DNA from: a candidate division FCPU426 bacterium | GTDB lineage: Bacteria > Oederibacteriota > Muellerivitia > Muellerivitales > Muellerivitaceae | Assembly: GCA_963771075.1 (NCBI GenBank) | Contig: CAVYSE010000011.1 | Location: 484,929 to 548,928, forward strand | Reading direction: 5' to 3' | DNA: 64,000 nucleotides | Shown: piece by piece, positions 58,099 to 64,000 of the stretch | Layout of the letters: each line of letters opens with the position of its first letter | Numbering within the stretch: the first letter of the stretch is position 1 | Notes under the pieces: model-generated | What the model was told of the DNA's origin: nothing | What the model saw: the letters and a program-made list of their open reading frames with translations, nothing else | Databases searched by the model: none | Made by a program: the position numbers and the translations under genes

Positions 58099-59092
58099 CA
58101 CGCCTGAGGTTGTTAAAACTAAACACCTAAAACTCAAAACTTCTAAATCTTTGAAAAAGGCCGTTCCGGTGGCTGTGGTTTCAAATCAAAACCCAACACC
58201 TAAAACCGAGAACACGGCCGCATCATCGGCCCTACCCGTCGCGCCCGCTACGGGGCAAGAAGCGGCGTGGGTAGCCGAACTCATCCCAGCTTTTCCTTCG
58301 CCCTTCCTAGTGAAGCCTTTGGATCTTCAGCCCGACCCAACCATTTCTCCCCTCATGGTCCAGAAAAGGCTCTCCGAAATCCAGGACCCCGAAAGGTTCC
58401 GCGTTTACGTGGGGCATGACCGCCAAACGATTAAATCCATGAACGTGGACGATGGCGGCATGGACCTATTCTTCAACGGTTCCTTTGGAGGATTGCTGGG
58501 CGACTCATCCAGCTTTAGGTTCTTCTGGGAGGACGTGCAGGGCATCCGCCTGGCGACGGTGGAGGTTTCGGGCGACAAGCCCCAAACGCTCTGCTTTTGC
58601 GCGCTGGAAGTGAAGACCAAGAAAAAAATGGCGGCCTTCGAATGCGCGCCGGGGGACGTTGCCCATTTGGTGTCGGCCCTGGCGGCGCAGTTCAAAAGCT
58701 CCACGAAAAGGGAGGTATTGGTGGCGCCCCTGCCTTACGTGAACCAGGGTTTGTGGCTGGGCGGGCAGAACCAGGTGGATGGGATGTGGTGGGAAAGCCC
58801 GGCGGGGCGGTCGCAAGAGGTGAAACTGCGCTTTACCCCGGCGGACTGGCAAAGGCCCACGACCGGCGGCGGAATCCGCCTGGGGGATTACCTTTGGGGC
58901 CTGGGTGTGAACCTGAATGAACAAACCGGGAAGGAAGAATTGTTTAGGCAGTTGGGCGGAACGGCCTCGGGACCGTCGACCCTATTCGTGGTGGGCCCGG
59001 AGGATTGGCGCAAGGCCCAGAATGCCGAGACCGGCCCCGAAAACGACCCCTTCAACCCGCCCCGCAGGGCGGTGCGCTTGGCGACGCCGTGA
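58055..59092 (+). CDS. Hypothetical protein, likely C-terminal extracytoplasmic part of the upstream ParB-like gene
   Basis: No clear RBS; begins with a Pro/Thr-rich linker; SPAGR...GIRLGDYLW resembles a PDZ-like motif. Confidence 0.55.
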   Translation: MAVPISKSDMGTPVPTPEVVKTKHLKLKTSKSLKKAVPVAVVSNQNPTPKTENTAASSALPVAPATGQEAAWVAELIPAFPSPFLVKPLDLQPDPTISPLMVQKRLSEIQDPERFRVYVGHDRQTIKSMNVDDGGMDLFFNGSFGGLLGDSSSFRFFWEDVQGIRLATVEVSGDKPQTLCFCALEVKTKKKMAAFECAPGDVAHLVSALAAQFKSSTKREVLVAPLPYVNQGLWLGGQNQVDGMWWESPAGRSQEVKLRFTPADWQRPTTGGGIRLGDYLWGLGVNLNEQTGKEELFRQLGGTASGPSTLFVVGPEDWRKAQNAETGPENDPFNPPRRAVRLATP

Positions 59093-59138
59093 GGGGCCTT
59101 TGTTTCTTTAGGGACTCAACTAGGGTTTGCGCAAAATC

Positions 59139-59422
59139 GGTAGTGGGTCAGTTTGAATAATTCCCCACTTCCCCCATGCCTCTATTGAGAAAAATGATAC
59201 GGGGCATGGGGACGTCCCCATTTTCATTTCGTATGTTTCCAAATGAAGAAATGGGTGTGAAAAAGGGGGGACAGGGGGGTATTAGTCTTTAACGACAGGC
59301 TAACTCCCCCTTAATCCCCCTCTTTCATGCTGTTCCTCATATAAATTTTAGTTAATGAGAACAGTATAGTGCTTTAGCACAGAGGGGGAAAAGAACGCCC
59401 GCCCTCAAACTGACCCGCTACT
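59139..59422. mobile_element. Non-autonomous miniature inverted-repeat element (284 bp)
   Basis: 18-bp TIRs GGTAGTGGGTCAGTTTGA / TCAAACTGACCCGCTACT (2 mismatches); 7-bp direct repeat CAAAATC at 59132-59138 and 59423-59429. Confidence 0.85.
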
Positions 59423-59489
59423 CAAAATCGGGGGAAGTCCCGCCAGACCCCAATGTTATTTGGTTTGAATAATTCGGAGGTGGGAGAAC

Positions 59490-60029
59490 ATGGGCGAAAT
59501 GATCGCGGGGTATAAAATCGAGGACAAAATCCTATTTCTTCGGGGCTTCAAGGTGATGCTTTCAAGCGATTTGGCCTAGCTTTATGGGGTCGAAGTCAAG
59601 GCCTTGAACCGCGCTGTCAAACGGAACCGGGACCGGTTTCCGGCCGACTTCATGTTCCAACTGAACGCGAAGGAAGCGCAAAATTTGAAGCGCCATTTTG
59701 GCACTTCAAGTTGGGGTGGTGCGCGTAGGGATCTGCCCTATGCCTTCACCGAACTCGGCGTGGCGATGCTTTCCAGTGTATTGAGAAGTAAAAAAGCGGT
59801 TCGTGTAAATATTGAAATCATGCGGGTTTTCTCCAGGTTGAGGGAAATGCTGGCGGCGAATAAGGATTTTGCCCGACGGCTGGAAGACCTGGAACGCAAA
59901 TTCAACGCACATGACCACCAATTCCAAGCTGTGTTTGAGGCTATCCGCGAGATTATTCGGGTCCCGGAAAAAACCAAAAGGCGGATCGGGTTTTTGGAAG
60001 AAAAATCGGAGGCCTATCGGGTCCGTTGA
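59490..60029 (+). pseudogene. ORF6N-domain DNA-binding protein with in-frame TAG at codon 30
   Basis: IEDKILFLRGFKVMLSSDLA*LYGVEVKALNRAVKRNRDRFPADFMFQL...PYAFTELGVAMLSSVL; TAG at 59577-59579. Confidence 0.88.
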
Positions 60030-60051
60030 TAGATAATATAAAATAAAGACC

Positions 60052-60091
60052 TGACCCCGTTATTTGTATTTTGACCCCGTTATTTGTATTT
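60052..60091 (+). repeat. Perfect 20-bp tandem duplication
   Basis: TGACCCCGTTATTTGTATTT x2. Confidence 0.9.
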
Positions 60092-60363
60092 GTGTGGATT
60101 GCGTTCTAATGGGGGATGGAACCGTTGACCATACCGCTGTTTATCCTAGAGAGATTTTAAAGAAGGCATTAGAGCTTAACGCCTCTGGTTTGCTTCTCTC
60201 TCATAACCACCCAGGGGGAAGCCTTGAAGCATCGGAAGGGGATAGACAATTAACTCGTCAGATCGTAACCGCCTCTAGGGCATTGGGTTTAACTGTCCAT
60301 GACCACCTAATTGTGACCCACGAAGGGCATTTTTCATTTAGGCAAGCGGGACTTTTAGGGTAA
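60092..60363 (+). pseudogene. 5'-truncated RadC/JAB-domain gene
   Basis: GTVDHTAVYPREILKKAL, HNHPGG...S..D, VHDHLIV, SFRQAGLL; N-terminal part absent. Confidence 0.85.
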
Positions 60364-60534
60364 AGCCAAAGCCCCATCTTTTTGGCCCTTTTGTGTCTGG
60401 CAGGGTAGGGCGTTCCCTCCCTGCATTTCACCACATTTAAAGCACAACAAAATTGAAAAATATCCTTTCAATTGATTATTTAGAATCATGATAATTTTAT
60501 ATATTTGATTAAAAATCTTAAAGGGATTTTCAAC

Positions 60535-61359
60535 ATGAATATACGATTTTACGCTCCCGCCCCTTTAGATGGTGAAGTACCTGAAGGGGAAATTGTTGCC
60601 TTCGACAAAGACAAAAACAAAAGAGAAATAAGCCAAGTTGTTTTCCCAATATTATCAATTACTAAAGGCAAAGAAAAATTATTGGGGACTGGTTTTTTTA
60701 TCGCTAAAGGCGGTCTTTTTTTAACTGCTAAACATGTACTGGCCGATAACCTCAATAAAAAAGGTGACCCAATTGGCGATCTTTTTATTTGCCAGTTTTT
60801 GGAAGGAAAAAAAATAATTAGAAGATACATCAATCATTTTTATTTTCCCGAAAGAGGGGATTTGGCTTTGGGAGCATGTTTTCCAAGAGAGGTTGATAAA
60901 GACGATGGACCGTCAATTGATAATAGCGTTCTTACATTAACTACAACCGTTCCTAAACGGGAAACAGAAGTTTATACATTTGCTTATGCAAAAACCCTTC
61001 GGTTTTTTTCTCAACCCGAAAATAAAGAAATAATTGAATTCTATCCGGCTTTTTATAATGGAAAATTAAAAGAACATCATCCTAATGGTCGTGATCCTTT
61101 AATGATGCCTACTGAATGCTTTGAAACTAGCATGCGTATTTATGGGGGAGCGAGTGGAGGACCCGTATTTAATGAGGAAGGATTTGTCTTTGCCATTAAT
61201 AGCACAGGTTGGGAAAATACTGATCTTTCCTATATTTCGAGCATTAAAGATATCCTTAAAATGGCTCTTACTGAGGTTATAACTAGTCCAAGCAATCAAT
61301 TAACCAATCCGACAATTTCTGAATTAGTAAAAAAAGGATTTATTGTTTTCAAGTCATAA
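60535..61359 (+). CDS. Trypsin-like serine protease, no signal peptide
   Basis: GTGFFI, LTAKHV (His), DLAL (Asp), GGASGGPVF (Ser); AT-rich. Confidence 0.88.
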   Translation: MNIRFYAPAPLDGEVPEGEIVAFDKDKNKREISQVVFPILSITKGKEKLLGTGFFIAKGGLFLTAKHVLADNLNKKGDPIGDLFICQFLEGKKIIRRYINHFYFPERGDLALGACFPREVDKDDGPSIDNSVLTLTTTVPKRETEVYTFAYAKTLRFFSQPENKEIIEFYPAFYNGKLKEHHPNGRDPLMMPTECFETSMRIYGGASGGPVFNEEGFVFAINSTGWENTDLSYISSIKDILKMALTEVITSPSNQLTNPTISELVKKGFIVFKS

Positions 61360-61473
61360 TACATGGAGGGTGAATTTTTTCCAAAAGCAGTGATTCTAAT
61401 TTTAAAATTCGAAAATTTCGGAAAAGTCTCGCTAGGAACTTTTCTTGTTTCGTTGGGCTTTTCTTTCCCAAAC

Positions 61474-61516
61474 CATCCTCTTTAAAACCGCTGAAAGAGG
61501 GGTTTTAAAGAGGATG
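61474..61516. repeat. Perfect 16-bp inverted repeat
   Basis: CATCCTCTTTAAAACC - 11 nt - GGTTTTAAAGAGGATG. Confidence 0.85.
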
Positions 61517-61890
61517 AATTCTTCTTAAATACCGCGGGCTGCCAAGTTATCATGTCTCTTCAATGTTCAACCTGAATCCAATGAAAGGTGTCTATTTGGA
61601 AACGGACATCACTTTAAAGCGTAACAGATATCCAGTTGATACATTGTTTTCCGCCTTTGGAAAAACAAAAGAAACCACTTTAACTGCGGGATTGGCCTAT
61701 CTGATTTGGAAATTTCAAGAGGAAATCGGCAGTCTTTTTGTTAAAAAAGGGGCAAGAATCAAAGAAGTTTCTATTGAGGAAAGTGAAAGGGAAGGCGGTC
61801 GCTACGACGTTTTAGTAACAACTAATAAGCAAGATGTACTAATTGAGGCTAAAAGAGATTTTTCGCAAAACAGAAAACAACTAAAAAGAT

Positions 61891-63303
61891 CACTCTTGTC
61901 CTAAATAAAGGACTAAAAAAAGACACCTCCGACTGAAGTAGAATTGGGTTAGTCGACAAGCCCAAAGCGACGGTTACCAGCCGTCGCTACTTCAAACATC
62001 CGGAGGCGTATTTCGATGGTACCACCAACCAGTCTTTTTGCCCAAGTGTTGAAAATTGTGGATCGCACGGCTTTTGAACGAATTGTGCGGGAGTTTGAAG
62101 CCGAAAAACACGCCAAGGGGTTCAGTTGCTGGAATCAGTTTGTTTCCATGCTTTTCTGCCAGATGGGAGCCGCCCATTCCTTGAGGGAAATCTGTGGTGG
62201 CCTCCACACGGCCCTTGGGAAATTGACCCATTTGGGTCTTTGCGAAGCACCCACTAAATCCACCTTGGCTTACGCTAACGCCAACCGTCCTTGGCAGGTT
62301 CAGCAAAGTCTTTTCTACCATCTGCTATCGAAGTGTCAGCTACAGGCGGCCATCTCGAAGAGGAAATTCAAGTTCAAGAATCCCCTCTACAGCCTGGACT
62401 CCAGCACCATTGATCTTTGTTTGTCAGTCTTCGACTGGGCAAAGTTCCGTAGGACCAAAGGGGCCATCAAACTCCATCTCTTGCTGGATCATCAGGGATA
62501 CTTGCCCTGCTGGGGACTCGTAACGGAGGGAGGCGTGCATGACGTGAAAGTGGCTCAAAAGCTGGATTTTCCGGTGGATTCAATCGTAGTGATGGATCGG
62601 GGATATGTGGATTTCTTTCTTCTGGCCCGATGGACGTTCCAAGGCGTGTGGTGGGTGACCCGTGCCAAGATCAACATGGCCTACGAGGTGGTGAAGAACC
62701 TGCCGGTTCCGAAAACGGGCAACGTCCTGAAGGACCAAGTGATACGGTTAACAACGTTTCGGTCACAGGAAGCCTACCCGAAAGAGATGCGACGAGTGGT
62801 GGTATGGGACGAAGACCAGAAGCGGGAACTCGTATTCCTTACCAACCACATGGGTTTTGCTGCCTCGACGGTGGCGGCCATCTACAAGGAACGTTGGCAG
62901 ATCGAGTTGTTCTTCAAGGCTCTCAAGCAGAACTTACGGGTGAAGACTTTCGTAGGGACCACTGAGAATGCTGTTCAGACGCAGATTTGGACAGCATTGA
63001 TTGCCATGCTGCTGTTGAAATTCCTTCAACTGAAGAGCCATATCGCCTGGAGCCTGTCCCACTTGGCGGCCATGCTGCGGATGAATCTATTGACCTACCG
63101 CGATTTGTGGGCTTGGTTGGATGCACCATTCCTGGTGGCGAGATTGGAACCGGCGGAAAAACAGATGGAATTAATACCCTCGTGATTTGGACAGCATCCG
63201 GACGAAAGGGGGGGGCTTATCCCTGGAAATTCACAAACCTGTCCAAAATCGCTTGTTTTTCTTGGGGGGCAGCGGTCAGATTGAGTTGTTTAGGATAGCA
63301 GTG
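61891..63303 (+). mobile_element. IS4-family insertion sequence (1413 bp)
   Basis: TIRs CACTCTTGTCCTAAA / TTTAGGATAGCAGTG (12 of 15 match); 9-bp TSD TAAAAAGAT at 61882-61890 and 63304-63312. Confidence 0.93.
62016..63185 (+). CDS. IS4-family DDE transposase with DUF4372-like N-terminus
   Basis: SLREICGGL, STLAYAN, LDSSTIDL, MDRGY, YKERWQIELFFKALKQ (YREK-type motif). Confidence 0.95.
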   Translation: MVPPTSLFAQVLKIVDRTAFERIVREFEAEKHAKGFSCWNQFVSMLFCQMGAAHSLREICGGLHTALGKLTHLGLCEAPTKSTLAYANANRPWQVQQSLFYHLLSKCQLQAAISKRKFKFKNPLYSLDSSTIDLCLSVFDWAKFRRTKGAIKLHLLLDHQGYLPCWGLVTEGGVHDVKVAQKLDFPVDSIVVMDRGYVDFFLLARWTFQGVWWVTRAKINMAYEVVKNLPVPKTGNVLKDQVIRLTTFRSQEAYPKEMRRVVVWDEDQKRELVFLTNHMGFAASTVAAIYKERWQIELFFKALKQNLRVKTFVGTTENAVQTQIWTALIAMLLLKFLQLKSHIAWSLSHLAAMLRMNLLTYRDLWAWLDAPFLVARLEPAEKQMELIPS

Positions 63304-64000
63304 TAAAAAGATATTTAAACGCACGTAAAAACACGAAACTTGTTTTGGTTGATAAAGGCTCTCTTTTTAAAGATTCGTGGGTGAAAGAGTCGGTCGCTTC
63401 CAAGAGAATTAAAGTGGAGTTCGTAAGTTGGGCAAGAATTTGGCGGGCTCTAAAAAAGATAGACACAAAAACGAATAAAAAACGAGAGCCAATAGGGTGG
63501 GCAATATCTAAAGATTTAAGAAGGTTCATGGAGGTGAATGGGATGGCTGAAATAAATCAGAAAGAAATATATGTAAGGGACATGAGCGGTGATTCGATAA
63601 ATTTATTTTTTAAATACCATATTTATAAATGCCAGAAAAGATTTTTTAGGTCAGCTAACGGTAATTTATATTTTGCCCCTTACTTCACGGGGAAGGCGCA
63701 CCATTATTTTGAAGAACAATCAATCAAAGGGAAAAAAGGCATAACTTGGGTTGCGGCCGTAAAACATGTCGAGGTAATTAAAAAGAAAAACATCCTCAAG
63801 TTTTTAAAAATAAACAAATGGGAGAATTTTAAAGAAGCGGCCAGAGAATTTAAGAAACAAACACGTCACAGCGAAAATGAATTGATCGTAATGCTTTTAG
63901 GCGAACCCTTCCAGGTGTTTTTGAAACCCGTCGAAAAATCTAAATTGAATCAATTTGGGCCAATGGGTTCCAAGTCCTTTACTTTTGAAGAGTTATTTAC

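Larger units (their letters stand above)
61563..64000 (+). pseudogene. PD-(D/E)XK nuclease-like gene interrupted by an IS4 element; continues past the window end
   Basis: RYDVLV...LIEAK...QLKR rejoins in frame with YLNARKNTKLVLV after removing the IS and one target copy; frame stays open to 64000. Confidence 0.82.

Noticed and set aside
59577..59579. Stop-codon recoding (pyrrolysine or alternative code)
   Set aside because: TAG is used as a true stop elsewhere in the window and no pyl genes are visible
37799..64000. Prophage or complete ICE
   Set aside because: No integrase, structural phage, relaxase or conjugation genes are recognisable in the window

Overview
Bacterial chromosome window (GC-rich overall, diderm judging by TolC and beta-barrel genes) in two halves. 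Bases 1-37.8 kb are core genome: comEC, a class III adenylate cyclase, a GH92 gene, rpsB-tsf-pyrH-frr-uppS-cdsA, outer-membrane proteins, then mtaB-HIT-rpsU-yqeY-mpg-mutS2-dnaG-rpoD and a tRNA with a CAT anticodon. Many core intergenic regions carry a dispersed family of inverted 8-bp-period repeats. From the tRNA to the window end lies a partly decaying accessory region. It holds an AT-rich two-gene cassette (small unknown protein plus an ImmA/IrrE-like protein lacking HExxH), a doubly frameshifted primase-like/SF2 helicase, an AAA/DUF4143 ATPase, Fic-MerR, an AbiE toxin-antitoxin pair, a Cus-type Cu/Ag efflux operon, a complete IS110-family (IS1111-type) element, a membrane-anchored ParB-like gene, a MITE, ORF6N and radC remnants, a trypsin-like protease and a PD-(D/E)XK nuclease split by an IS4 element. 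The best-supported finding is the IS110 element: its ends, TGA core, circle-junction promoter and four candidate guide segments of a bridge/seek RNA can be read from the sequence. All family assignments come from motif recognition by eye; no database searches were run.
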